Positions 43,630 through 53,763 of a stretch of 64,000 nucleotides of DNA are shown here, one piece after another. The notes under the pieces are model-generated. The model did not search any database. It was not told where the DNA came from and saw only the letters and a list, made by a program, of their open reading frames with translations. The position numbers were made by a program, and so were the translations under genes. Origin of the DNA: Bacillota bacterium (lineage in GTDB: Bacteria > Bacillota_I > Bacilli_A > RFN20 > CAG-826). Where the stretch lies: NCBI GenBank assembly GCA_023393065.1, contig JAEWMX010000013.1, positions 438 to 64,437 on the forward strand, given 5' to 3'. Each line of letters begins with the position of its first letter. Positions within the stretch are counted from its first letter, which is position 1.

Positions 43630-45144
43630 TTATACTGTCTCTTTGCGAAGAATGTCACGGCTGAGACGCAAAAATGAATAGTAGACGGCGATTATTTCCA
43701 GACGGCCGATGAACATGATGACAGCCAAAATCCACAAGACGGCTGGATTTTGGCTGGCATGCGTGATGCCGACGCTTAAACCGGTGCCGGTGACGGCGCT
43801 GGCCACCTCGAAGAAAGCATCGTCAAAGTCGATGCCGGATGGCAAGATGGCGATGGCGATCGTGCCGACAAAAAGCACAGCGATGTATAAGACGACAAAA
43901 GATACCGATTCGCTGTAGTACTCATCGGTCAACTCTTTTTCTTCGCCATAGCGAAGGTAGAAGCGGGGACGGATGATTCGACGCGAAGAAATGCGGCTCA
44001 ATAGCGAATAATAAACACCTTTGAGCGTGCTCGCGACTCGCAGCTGTTTGATACCACCGGCAGTCGAGCCAAGAGCGCCGCCGAACATCATTAGAACACT
44101 CGACATGAAAAGCAGCGAAGGACCGAGATAAATAATTGGATGATAGGAGCTAAATCCGGTCGTCGTAATCGATGAAATCATGTAAAAGGCCCCGAGCCTA
44201 AGGGAGTCGAAAAATGATAAATCACCAAGCGAGGAACTATGTGTAAAGTACACGGAGACGACAAAGAGGGGAATGAAAATTAAAAGCATCAAGAGCATAA
44301 AGCGCACTTCGATATCGCGAAATACTTTTTTGAATTTGCCTTGAATTAAGAGGAGGTGGATGACGAAGTTGGTCGCGCCGGCCAGCATCAAAAGAATGGA
44401 GACGATTTCAATAGCGATGATATTGCCACCGACAGATAAAACTCCTCCTGGACTAGTTGAGAAGCCGCCGGTTCCCACCGCCGTAATGGCGTGGTTTAGA
44501 GCATCAAACAAATTCATTCCTGCAAGTGTGTAGGCAATGGTTCCAAGCAAGATAAATCCTGAATAGATAGAGAGGATTAAACGCGACGATTTGGCGAGAT
44601 TAGGAATCAATTTATCATTGTGACCTTCGGATGAATATAAGCGCATGCCATAGCGGTCGGATAAGGCGCTGACCAAAACGAGGACGAGACCGACAGCGCC
44701 AAAGAAAATCAACAAGCTTCGATACAAAGTATAGATGTGATAGCCATAGGCGTTAGGATCGACGGTAAAATCAAACACGGTCAACCCCGTGGAAGTAAAA
44801 CCGCTGGTCGATTCAAAAATGCTCTGTGTAAAATTCATATCGCCGCGTAACAAAAAGGGGATGGCGCCGATAACGATGGCAAAAATCCAAATTAAGACGA
44901 TTAAAATGAAGTCTTGATGCTTGCCGAGCCTCTCCTTTTCTCGGCCGCTGAGCAAAGAAAGCGACAAGGCGAGACCGCTTACGACGCTCGATAGACCGAC
45001 GATATAAAAGTTAAATGCCACTCCGCCTTCGCTCGGATAGAATAGCAAAGCGACAAGCGGCAAAAGACAAATCAATCCGATGAGAATTAAAAAGATACCT
45101 AAATAACCAAAAATTAAGCGATATCCTGAGGCGGTTTTTTTCAT
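43630..45144 (-). CDS. Potassium uptake membrane subunit (TrkH/KtrB family)
   Basis: 504-aa polytopic protein with repeated SGFTSTGL/GTGGFS/TTTGFS/TGTGLS selectivity-type motifs. Confidence 0.85.
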   Translation of the reverse strand: MKKTASGYRLIFGYLGIFLILIGLICLLPLVALLFYPSEGGVAFNFYIVGLSSVVSGLALSLSLLSGREKERLGKHQDFILIVLIWIFAIVIGAIPFLLRGDMNFTQSIFESTSGFTSTGLTVFDFTVDPNAYGYHIYTLYRSLLIFFGAVGLVLVLVSALSDRYGMRLYSSEGHNDKLIPNLAKSSRLILSIYSGFILLGTIAYTLAGMNLFDALNHAITAVGTGGFSTSPGGVLSVGGNIIAIEIVSILLMLAGATNFVIHLLLIQGKFKKVFRDIEVRFMLLMLLIFIPLFVVSVYFTHSSSLGDLSFFDSLRLGAFYMISSITTTGFSSYHPIIYLGPSLLFMSSVLMMFGGALGSTAGGIKQLRVASTLKGVYYSLLSRISSRRIIRPRFYLRYGEEKELTDEYYSESVSFVVLYIAVLFVGTIAIAILPSGIDFDDAFFEVASAVTGTGLSVGITHASQNPAVLWILAVIMFIGRLEIIAVYYSFLRLSRDILRKETV

Positions 45145-45147
45145 ATT

Positions 45148-45810
45148 CTATTTTTTGTTTTGAATGAATTTAACGATTTTTTCCTGTTCGCTAGGAGTTG
45201 AGATGATAAGGAGCTTGTCCTTCGGTTTGATGACTGTCGAGCCGTTGGGAATGATGACGTGGGGTTCGCGGTATATGCAACTGATAGTCGCGTTCTTCGG
45301 AAAGTTGCAATCCATAATTTTCTGATTGGCGATTCGATAGGCAGAATTGATGATAATCTCCGTTAAGACGATTTTATCTTCTTCGATTGATAGCGTTTGC
45401 AAAACATCCTCTAAAGATGATGCCGATTTAATTGAGTTGGCCAAAAGATAAGTCGAGGAGATGACGCTATCGATGCCGAGTTTTTTGAAAATATCGACAT
45501 TTTTGGGGTTCGTGACCGTGCAGATGCACTTTTTGACATTAAATTCTTTTTTGGCCAGCATGCAGGCTGCGTAATTATCGGTGTCTTTTTCGCCGAGGGC
45601 GATGAAGATATCGGCATTTCGCGCTCCCGAGTCTTCCAAGACAAAACGCTTATATGGTTCGCCGACAAAAACGGCGACCTTGTTGTTCCTGACGATATAA
45701 TCGGCGAAATTCTTATCGGAGTTGATAACGATTAAGTCCTTCGTCTGATCTTTAAACATGTTGATGACGAAGTCGGCTTCGTGCTTGCCGTTAGCGATGA
45801 CGATTTTCAT
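45148..45810 (-). CDS. TrkA/KtrA-like regulatory subunit (RCK N + C)
   Basis: 220 aa, next to TrkH, with an RCK_C-like C-terminus. Confidence 0.75.
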   Translation of the reverse strand: MKIVIANGKHEADFVINMFKDQTKDLIVINSDKNFADYIVRNNKVAVFVGEPYKRFVLEDSGARNADIFIALGEKDTDNYAACMLAKKEFNVKKCICTVTNPKNVDIFKKLGIDSVISSTYLLANSIKSASSLEDVLQTLSIEEDKIVLTEIIINSAYRIANQKIMDCNFPKNATISCIYREPHVIIPNGSTVIKPKDKLLIISTPSEQEKIVKFIQNKK

Positions 45811-46220
45811 TATAGGTTCTCCCCCTTCATCAAGTTAAATTTATTGATTGAGAGTTCAAAAGGATATATGGCTTTGATTTTCAAACCGCTGAGGAGAGCG
45901 CCGCGCTCCGGATCGTCGAGGCGAACATAGATGCTTGGAACTTCGTAGATGGCGCAGGCGACATGTGCCAAAAAAAGATTAACGTTATCGTCTCCCGTGG
46001 CAATCACGACTTCTTTGGCGGTCTTGATGTATGCTTCCTCAAGCAAAGAGAGGTCGGTGGCGTCGCCGACGAGCTTGTAGCCGCTAAAAGACTCAGGCAA
46101 GCGATCAAAAGCGCTGCTAGAGCGATCGATGACTAAAACGTTTTGACCTTTCTCTGAAGCGAGAGCGGCAATATTCGCTCCCAATCTTCCGCAACCGATA
46201 ATTAATACTTTATTTCGCAT
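45810..46220 (-). CDS. TrkA-N (NAD-binding RCK) domain protein
   Basis: IIGCGRLG Rossmann motif. 136 aa. Confidence 0.75.
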   Translation of the reverse strand: MRNKVLIIGCGRLGANIAALASEKGQNVLVIDRSSSAFDRLPESFSGYKLVGDATDLSLLEEAYIKTAKEVVIATGDDNVNLFLAHVACAIYEVPSIYVRLDDPERGALLSGLKIKAIYPFELSINKFNLMKGENL

Positions 46221-46366
46221 ATCATTAAACCTCGACTTATCAGTCTTCCAATGAATATAGTAATTATATAACCATTATCTAGTAAATAAAATGAAGGATT
46301 TATCATCGTATTAATAATTTTGGATTCGCGCTTTTTCTTTCTAAGAAAATGTTATAAACTAATTAT

Positions 46367-48175
46367 TTGTCGAGACTTAATAAAATCATGAAAAAATACA
46401 TCAAATTAATCAAAGAGGCACTCGAGGGTATAGAAAAGCTCTATATCTTTCACTTCTTCGTTTTACTAGTCTCAGTCTTTTTCATGATTTTGTCGAGCTT
46501 TACCAGCAAAATCTTAATTGATACGCTTCGCGGCGATATTTTTAACAATCCAAAAGCCGGGGCCTTAGAAATCATTATCGCCAATATTTACGGCGGACCG
46601 CAATTCCTCAGTGAAAATCTTTGGATTTTCGCCATTATTATCGTCACGATTGCCATCGCCGTCGCCCTATTAGTTTTTTCCCGCATTTTTATCCGTTCCT
46701 ATCTCGGTCCGCAAATCGCCCGCAATATGCAACTCAAACTCTTTAATCACATCGAGCGCTTGCCTTATTCGTTTATGAAGAAATCGCAAAGCGGCGATGT
46801 CATTCAAACATGCACTCGTGATGAAGAAGTGTTTCGCCGCTTTTTGACGCGTGAAACATATTCGATCGTCTATACTTTTTTTATTGTCGTCTTTTCCTTT
46901 TCAATCTTGTTTTCGATCAATTGGCAGCTCGCTCTTGTTTCGATGACCTTGATACCATTCCTATTTGTCTATTCCTTTTTTGTCATCAAAGAAGTGCGAG
47001 TTCGCTACCGCAAAACGGACGATTCCGAAGCACTACTAACATCGAAAATTGAAGAGAATCTCTCCTCCGTTCGCGTCGTTAAAGCCTATAACAACGAGGC
47101 TTACGAAATCGACCGCTTTGAAGAGCGGCTGGTTGATTACCGAAAAAAATACATTCATTGGCGAAAACTATCGGCCTTTTTCTTCTCGTCTAGCGACATC
47201 TTTGTCTTTGGACAAATTCTTTTGACGACCCTGTTTGGCATCGCGCAAGCCTATCGCGGTGACATCACGGTCGGAACCCTCGTCGTCGGCTTTACTTTCG
47301 TCAACATGATGGTATGGCCAATTCGCGATGTGGCAACCATTCTTTCCAATGCTGCGCGCGCTGTTGCTTCGATGGATCGCCTGTTGATTATTCTCGGGGA
47401 ACCGCTCGAGGATATCGCCACTGGCGCACGTCCAAAAATTGCCGGAGAAGTCATTTTTGATAATGTCGCCTTTCAATTTGAAGATGCCGATAAGCCTGTT
47501 TTGCAAAATATTAATTTGAAGGTCAAAAAGGGAGCGACAGTCGCCGTCCTTGGCAAGACTGGGGCAGGCAAATCGACCCTCGCTTATCTTTTGACTCGCC
47601 TTTATGATCCGACTTCCGGTCGCATTTTAATCGATGGTCAAGATATTACCGACATCGCTCGTTCGCACATTCGCCAAAATGTGGCAACGGTATTGCAAGA
47701 ACCATTTCTTTTCTCTAAATCAATCATCAGCAATATACGCATCGCTAACCCCAACGCGAGCGAAGAAGAAGTGTATAAAGCGGCGCGAATTGCCGATATT
47801 CACGATAATATTCTAAGTTTTAAGCAAGGTTATGAGACGCCTGTAGGAGAAAAGGGCGTCACATTATCGGGCGGTCAAAGACAGCGCCTCGCCATTGCTA
47901 GAACGATAATAAATAAAGCCCCAATTCTAATCTTTGATGACTCCTTGAGCGCCGTCGATACAGAGACCGACATCAACATTCGCACCGCGCTAAAAAAGCG
48001 TTCTGAAGAGACGACTACTTTCATCATCACGCACCGCATAGCAACCGCCAAAGATGCCGACCTCATCGTCGTTCTTGAAAACGGGACGATTAGCGAGCAA
48101 GGGACACATGAACAACTAATTAAAAAGAAAGGCTTGTATCAACGAGTTTATGAGATACAAACGAAGTTAGAATAA
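46367..48175 (+). CDS. ABC exporter, fused permease/ATPase (degenerate-site half)
   Basis: GKTGAGKST, LSGGQRQR, Walker B ILIFDDS (Asp in place of the catalytic Glu). Start is TTG 46367 or ATG 46388. Confidence 0.85.
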   Translation: MSRLNKIMKKYIKLIKEALEGIEKLYIFHFFVLLVSVFFMILSSFTSKILIDTLRGDIFNNPKAGALEIIIANIYGGPQFLSENLWIFAIIIVTIAIAVALLVFSRIFIRSYLGPQIARNMQLKLFNHIERLPYSFMKKSQSGDVIQTCTRDEEVFRRFLTRETYSIVYTFFIVVFSFSILFSINWQLALVSMTLIPFLFVYSFFVIKEVRVRYRKTDDSEALLTSKIEENLSSVRVVKAYNNEAYEIDRFEERLVDYRKKYIHWRKLSAFFFSSSDIFVFGQILLTTLFGIAQAYRGDITVGTLVVGFTFVNMMVWPIRDVATILSNAARAVASMDRLLIILGEPLEDIATGARPKIAGEVIFDNVAFQFEDADKPVLQNINLKVKKGATVAVLGKTGAGKSTLAYLLTRLYDPTSGRILIDGQDITDIARSHIRQNVATVLQEPFLFSKSIISNIRIANPNASEEEVYKAARIADIHDNILSFKQGYETPVGEKGVTLSGGQRQRLAIARTIINKAPILIFDDSLSAVDTETDINIRTALKKRSEETTTFIITHRIATAKDADLIVVLENGTISEQGTHEQLIKKKGLYQRVYEIQTKLE

Positions 48176-48176
48176 A

Positions 48177-50117
48177 ATGGCTAATTTTGCATTCGAAGAA
48201 GAAAAATCGCCGAGTAAATTCAATCTCGGAGTCTGGCGCAAAATGCTGCGCTACACTTTTCGCAATTGGCCGCTATTAATCGTCCTTGCCCTGTCGATGC
48301 TCGTCACGACTTTTTACGATTCGAGTTTCATGCCGCTGATGAATGCGGCAGCCATCGCCGCAATTCCGGAAATTCCCTTTGGGGGGAGTGTCACCGGCAT
48401 GATTATCGATGTCGAACTCATTTTTGGAGTCCGCTTCACTCTTGATTTCCTCGGTTACGCCCTCGTATTCGGTGCCGGCATTCTCATACGCTCCATATCG
48501 ATATTCGTCACTTTCTTTGTCACTAACTATTTCGATATGCTGATCAACACATCGCTGCGGCGCGACGCTTTCCGCCGAGCCCAGGAATTGAGTTTTTCTT
48601 ACTATGATCGAACACCTTCGGGTTGGTTGATTGCCCGGATGCAAAACGACACCTCGGCGATCAGCGACACTTTATCATGGGGGTTAATTCGCATTGTGTG
48701 GATTACATTTGAACTGATTTTCACTTTAGTGACGATGTTTTCTCGCGATATTATGTTATCGCTTATCATTCTTTCAATCGCCCCTATTTTGATGGTTGTC
48801 GCTCCCATCTTTCAGCGTCTGCTATTAAAGGCGCAGCGCAAAGCTCGAAGCGCCTACTCCAATTTCGTCCGCTGGCTCGTCGAGTGCATCAATGGCGTCA
48901 AGACGATCAAGACGCTGAATATCGAAGAGAAAATGTTTGAAGAAGCCGACGATGTGACGATGAACATCTATGTCAAGCGGCGCAAGGCGTTTAAAATTCA
49001 CGCGTTCTTCATGCCGGTCATCAACGTCTTATCGGCATCGACCACCGCTCTCGTCATTCTCTTGGCCACTTCAAGTTTGGGTCTGATCGATGCCATGACT
49101 CCTGCTGGTGTCGCTACCCTCGTCTTATTTATCGGTTTTGTCTCACAAATTTATAACCCGATTCAAGAGTTTTCGGAAGTTGCCAACGAATTTATCGAAA
49201 CGCAAGCCAAAGTTGAGAAAGTCATGTCCTTAATCGAGACGGAGCCAGATATCGTCGATCGTCCTGAAGTCATCGAAAAATATGGCACGTTATTTAATAA
49301 CAAACGAGAAAATTTTGAACCTTTGCAAGGCGATCTCGTCTTTGACCATGTGCACTTTTCATACATCAAAGGCACTGAAGTCATCCACGACCTCAATCTC
49401 CACATCCGGCAAGGCACCTCTTTGGCCATCGTCGGCGAGACCGGATCCGGTAAGTCGACCACCGCGAATCTCCTATGCCGTTTCTATGAGCCAAGCGAAG
49501 GGCGCATTCTCGTCGATGGCATTGATTATAAGGAGCGTTCCGTCGGCTGGTTGCGAAGCAACATCGGTTATGTTCAACAGACCCCTTTCGTCTTTCGCGC
49601 TTCCTATTATGACAACGTTCGCTACGGTCGCCCTGAAGCCACATTAGAAGAAGTGATCGAGGCTTGCAAAGTCGTCGGTGTCCATGATTTTATCATGACG
49701 CAAAAAGACGGATATATGAGCGAACTGGATGATGGCGGAAGCCAACTTTCCGGTGGTCAAAAACAACTGATTTCATTTGCGCGCGCCATCATTCGCAATC
49801 CGCGCTTGCTCATCCTTGATGAAGCGACGTCGAGCATCGACACCGAAAGCGAAGGCGTTATTCAGTCAGCCATGAATAAAATCCTTAAGGGGCGCACGAG
49901 CATCATCATCGCTCACCGCTTATCGACAATCGTTAACTGCGATCGCATTCTCGTGATGTCAAACGGCAAGGTCATTGAAGACGGAAGTCACTGTGAGCTT
50001 ATGGCCCTGAAAGGGCAATATCACCATCTGTATATGAATCAATTCCGCGAACTCAACCTCGAATCGCAAATTTCGACCTACGAGCAACAAATCGAACAGA
50101 TGGATGTCAAGCTTTAA
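48177..50117 (+). CDS. ABC exporter, fused permease/ATPase (consensus-site half)
   Basis: GETGSGKST, LSGGQKQL, LLILDEATS. Confidence 0.85.
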   Translation: MANFAFEEEKSPSKFNLGVWRKMLRYTFRNWPLLIVLALSMLVTTFYDSSFMPLMNAAAIAAIPEIPFGGSVTGMIIDVELIFGVRFTLDFLGYALVFGAGILIRSISIFVTFFVTNYFDMLINTSLRRDAFRRAQELSFSYYDRTPSGWLIARMQNDTSAISDTLSWGLIRIVWITFELIFTLVTMFSRDIMLSLIILSIAPILMVVAPIFQRLLLKAQRKARSAYSNFVRWLVECINGVKTIKTLNIEEKMFEEADDVTMNIYVKRRKAFKIHAFFMPVINVLSASTTALVILLATSSLGLIDAMTPAGVATLVLFIGFVSQIYNPIQEFSEVANEFIETQAKVEKVMSLIETEPDIVDRPEVIEKYGTLFNNKRENFEPLQGDLVFDHVHFSYIKGTEVIHDLNLHIRQGTSLAIVGETGSGKSTTANLLCRFYEPSEGRILVDGIDYKERSVGWLRSNIGYVQQTPFVFRASYYDNVRYGRPEATLEEVIEACKVVGVHDFIMTQKDGYMSELDDGGSQLSGGQKQLISFARAIIRNPRLLILDEATSSIDTESEGVIQSAMNKILKGRTSIIIAHRLSTIVNCDRILVMSNGKVIEDGSHCELMALKGQYHHLYMNQFRELNLESQISTYEQQIEQMDVKL

Positions 50118-50257
50118 ATCGCATCTGAATCTGATGCTTGATAAATAACCATACTTACTTTTTTAAAGAGCTTTCTAAAAGAAAATCGCTTGTTTTCTTA
50201 TTTGCGGCAATTTGATAAAATAAGCGAAGTTGTAGACTTACAAAGGTCGAAATAAAT

Positions 50258-51307
50258 ATGAAAATTAAACATAAAATTAAACAGGGAATAATGCTTAAAG
50301 CCCTTCAATCAAGTGCTAAAAAGCAGCCGTTCGATATTGCAAAAGCCGATCATTTTATCCTTGCTGATCAAGTAGGAGACAACCTGACTGATAGCCACTA
50401 TTTTTCAGCTCACGGAAATAATGGCGAGAGCTTTTTCTTTCGCCATGCGAAACGAAGTAATTCAACGACGGAAATATGGTTTTGCCTCAGAACTAGCGAT
50501 GGAAAAACGATTGTCAATACGCATGAGCTGTATCCATCAGATAACTGTCCAGCAAGCGTCAAATGCACTAAGACAGGTGATGAGATGACGATTAAGTTTC
50601 AAGGCGAAGTATCTTATGCAAAAAAAGGTGAACATGATGTTTTATCTTTTGATAAAGAGTCATTTGAAATTACGGCAAAAGCGACTTTTATCGCTTCGAT
50701 GCCCGCTTTTGATTTTGCGACCGGACTCGACCCGATGTTCGTCGCCGAGGCCCTCGCTAATGAAAAGTGGAATAAGACCTTTTGGCGAAATCTAAAAATT
50801 AACCGTCAAGTCCACTATGAACAGCCGGGTGTCATTCGTCTTGAAGTGACCATTAACGGCCAAAATTCGACATATGTTCTACCGGCGATGCGCGATCATT
50901 CATATGGTTATCGCGATTGGGATTACATGAACCGCCACATCTGGCTCATGATTCTTTTTGAAGACGGTGAAGTTCTCAATCTCAACATGGTTGATTATCC
51001 CCATATGCACAATCTGATGACCGGCTATCGCAGCCGCGGAGGAAGACATGTTCCAGTTCGCTCCTTAACACGATTAAAAGAGTTGGGCGCCGATGGTCTT
51101 GTTCCGCTAAAAGTGGAAGTTGAAGTACCATCAAAAGAAGGAATTATTCTAAAACTTATCGGAAAGCGCGACTTTGTCGTCGACTTTTCTTTCGCGGATG
51201 GCAAATATCACATCTTTGAAGGCGTGGGGGATTTTATCTACGGCGACAAAAGAGGACGAGGCATTCTCGAGTTCGGATATAACAGCGGCATCAGACGCTG
51301 GAAATGA
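50258..51307 (+). CDS. Hypothetical beta-rich protein, coupled to the PEP-utilising enzyme
   Basis: 349-aa ORF with no motif recognised. Its stop overlaps the next start (ATGA at 51304). Confidence 0.5.
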   Translation: MKIKHKIKQGIMLKALQSSAKKQPFDIAKADHFILADQVGDNLTDSHYFSAHGNNGESFFFRHAKRSNSTTEIWFCLRTSDGKTIVNTHELYPSDNCPASVKCTKTGDEMTIKFQGEVSYAKKGEHDVLSFDKESFEITAKATFIASMPAFDFATGLDPMFVAEALANEKWNKTFWRNLKINRQVHYEQPGVIRLEVTINGQNSTYVLPAMRDHSYGYRDWDYMNRHIWLMILFEDGEVLNLNMVDYPHMHNLMTGYRSRGGRHVPVRSLTRLKELGADGLVPLKVEVEVPSKEGIILKLIGKRDFVVDFSFADGKYHIFEGVGDFIYGDKRGRGILEFGYNSGIRRWK

Positions 51308-53700
51308 GGGAAGTTATGAAAATAGCGTGGTTAGATAAAATACCGGAAGCAGATTTAAAAGAAGTCGGCGGCAAGGCAAAAGGCCTTTATCTCTTGCATA
51401 AACTCGGTCTTGAAGTCGCGCCTGGTTTTGTCGCATACGGAATTTCTTCTAAAGAAGACGAGGATATTCTCTTTCAGCATTGGAAAGACGCTAAGCTCGG
51501 CGAAGTCGCGGTCCGTTCCTCGGCGACTCTCGAAGACGGGGTCGAATTATCTCAGGCCGGTCAATATGAAACTTATACATGCATCGCTAGCGATGAGCAA
51601 TTCAAAGCAGCCATTCGAGGTTGCCTCGAAAGCCTAAATCAAGCAAATGCCGCCAAATATCGCCGCTTCTTCAACCAAGCTCAAAGCTCGATGAATATCA
51701 TTGTTCAAAGAATGGTCAAAGCGAAATCGGCCGGTGTTCTTTTCACCGTGAATCCGACGACGCGCGAAAACGATGTCCGCATCGAAGTGGTTGCCGGGCT
51801 CGGCGAGAACCTCGTTTCCGGTAAGATGCAATCGCAGCTTATTTTAATAAATAGGCAAAATCCTTCTTATTCAGTTCTAACCACTCTTCTTTCAAAAGAT
51901 AATATCAAACAGCTATTTCAAGAAGGTTTAAACGCTGAGCGAGAGTTGAAAGTCCCGCTCGATCTCGAATTTGCCATCGACGAAGATGACCATGTCGTCT
52001 GGCTTCAGGCTCGCCCGATCACCACTCTTGATGATCCGACGATCGGAGAGCTCAATACGCCATACGCGGTCGAGGGAGACATCATCACTAATCATAATGT
52101 CGGCGAGATGCTGCCGGGCGCGATTACTCCACTGACGATTTCGACCGTCGTCTACGCAATCGATTACGGGCTTCGCAAGATGCTCGCCGATGTCGGTGTC
52201 GTCAAAAAAATCGAAGATGTGCCAGAAGAGCTGTTGATCAGCCACTATTACGGCCACCTCTTTTTCAATATGCGCCACCTATATCGCATTACAAAAGCCG
52301 TGACGGGAGCCGCCAAAGAAAATATCGATGTCGGCATCTGCGGTCAAATTCTCGACTATGAACAGCCCGATGACTTTAAGAAAATGAACGGATTTATCCG
52401 CCTCCGCAACGGACTTCGCTATGGCAAATTCATGTTTGGCTATAAGAAGGCGATGAAAGATATATCCTCGATCGCCGAACGCATCCATTTCGCTGGCGCA
52501 ACAGTCGATGAACTATACGCGTCAATCGGCCACAATCTAGATTTACTCAACCAAGCTCTACTTGACCATTATGTTACCTCGGTCTATTCGGGGGCGATGA
52601 ACAGCGCGCTATTCTACATTCTGGCGCGCGACAGCGATAACCATGATGAAATCAAAGGTCGCATCGCATCCGTCCTTGAAGACATCGATGGCATCGAAAG
52701 CGCGGATATTATCAAATCGCTTCGCGAAATTGCCGTCGAAATCTTAAAAGACCGGCCAGATGCCGATTGTTTTAACCACCAAAATCTGCAAGAATACCTC
52801 CGTGAGGCTCCTTCTTCAGTCGTCATGCTAAAAGATCGATTTATGGAAAGGCACGGCCACCGCTGCATTCGCGAATCCGAACTGCGCTCCCCGGGCTGGA
52901 AGGACGACGAAGAGGGGTTTGTCCTACATCTTCTTACATTGATTAAATCAATGGTCGGCTATCGGCAAAAAGAAAAGAAAGATGGTCCTGACAACATCGA
53001 AATCTTCTTATCCGATTACTATGGTTTTAAGCGCATAGCTCTTCGCGCATTTGTCAATGGATCGCGAAAAGGTTGTCGCATTCGCGAGTATTCGAAATCT
53101 AAAATGATCTTAGCTGTCGACAAATTTAAAGCTGGCTATCGCCGCCTCGCCGAGATGCTCGTTGAAGAAGGAGCGCTTCCTGAAGCAGATCTCATCTATT
53201 TTCTAACACATGATGAAATAGGAAAAATGCTTACTTCAAAAGATTCAAAATATGTCAAGCGCGCTTTCATCCGCAAACGTCTTTTGCCGGAGCAAGAAAG
53301 GCTCAAATTCGCCCATGTCAATGTCGGCATGCCTGTACCGATATCTTCGACTTTTGATTTTGCCATGAAAGGCGCGACGCTTTCGGGAACACCTCTTTCG
53401 CGCGGGCAAGTCGTCGGTCGGGCTCGCGTCATCACCAACGCTGAAGATGCCAAGAAACTTCAAAAGGGCGAAATCATGGTCGCGGGTTACACCGATATCG
53501 GCTGGTCGCCTTATTACGCGCTCATAGGCGGTCTTGTCACAGAGGTGGGAAGCGCCCTCTCTCACGGCGCAGTCGTCGCTCGTGAGTATGCTCTACCATT
53601 GGTATCCAATGTCAAAAATGCCACCGCCGTCATTCGCGACGGAGATATGATCTCAATCGACGGAGCTCTCGGCACCGTTGTCATCGTCGATTCGATATAA
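51304..53700 (+). CDS. PEP-utilising phosphotransferase (PpsA / rifampicin-phosphotransferase-like architecture)
   Basis: N-terminal ATP-grasp (GGKAKGL...VRSSATLED) and a C-terminal swivel His domain (TDIGWSPYYALIGGLVTEVGSALSHGAVVAREY). Confidence 0.8.
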   Translation: MREVMKIAWLDKIPEADLKEVGGKAKGLYLLHKLGLEVAPGFVAYGISSKEDEDILFQHWKDAKLGEVAVRSSATLEDGVELSQAGQYETYTCIASDEQFKAAIRGCLESLNQANAAKYRRFFNQAQSSMNIIVQRMVKAKSAGVLFTVNPTTRENDVRIEVVAGLGENLVSGKMQSQLILINRQNPSYSVLTTLLSKDNIKQLFQEGLNAERELKVPLDLEFAIDEDDHVVWLQARPITTLDDPTIGELNTPYAVEGDIITNHNVGEMLPGAITPLTISTVVYAIDYGLRKMLADVGVVKKIEDVPEELLISHYYGHLFFNMRHLYRITKAVTGAAKENIDVGICGQILDYEQPDDFKKMNGFIRLRNGLRYGKFMFGYKKAMKDISSIAERIHFAGATVDELYASIGHNLDLLNQALLDHYVTSVYSGAMNSALFYILARDSDNHDEIKGRIASVLEDIDGIESADIIKSLREIAVEILKDRPDADCFNHQNLQEYLREAPSSVVMLKDRFMERHGHRCIRESELRSPGWKDDEEGFVLHLLTLIKSMVGYRQKEKKDGPDNIEIFLSDYYGFKRIALRAFVNGSRKGCRIREYSKSKMILAVDKFKAGYRRLAEMLVEEGALPEADLIYFLTHDEIGKMLTSKDSKYVKRAFIRKRLLPEQERLKFAHVNVGMPVPISSTFDFAMKGATLSGTPLSRGQVVGRARVITNAEDAKKLQKGEIMVAGYTDIGWSPYYALIGGLVTEVGSALSHGAVVAREYALPLVSNVKNATAVIRDGDMISIDGALGTVVIVDSI

Positions 53701-53714
53701 TCGCATCATTGCAA

Positions 53715-53745
53715 TAAAAAAAGTGGACCGAAATCCACTTTTTTA
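53715..53745. terminator. Bidirectional terminator between convergent genes
   Basis: AAAAAAA-AGTGGA-ccgaaa-TCCACT-TTTTTT. Confidence 0.7.
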
Positions 53746-53763
53746 AATGTTTCTGCGATTAGC

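Noticed and set aside
47168-49647. Several 60-120 aa antisense or alternate-frame ORFs within the ABC exporter genes.
   Set aside because: They are embedded in well-supported ABC CDSs with full motif sets. They are Arg/Ser-rich and typical of off-frame translation of a GC-richer region.
51410-53565. Antisense or alternate-frame ORFs within the PEP-utilising enzyme gene.
   Set aside because: The reasons are the same. The main frame carries continuous ATP-grasp and swivel-domain motifs.
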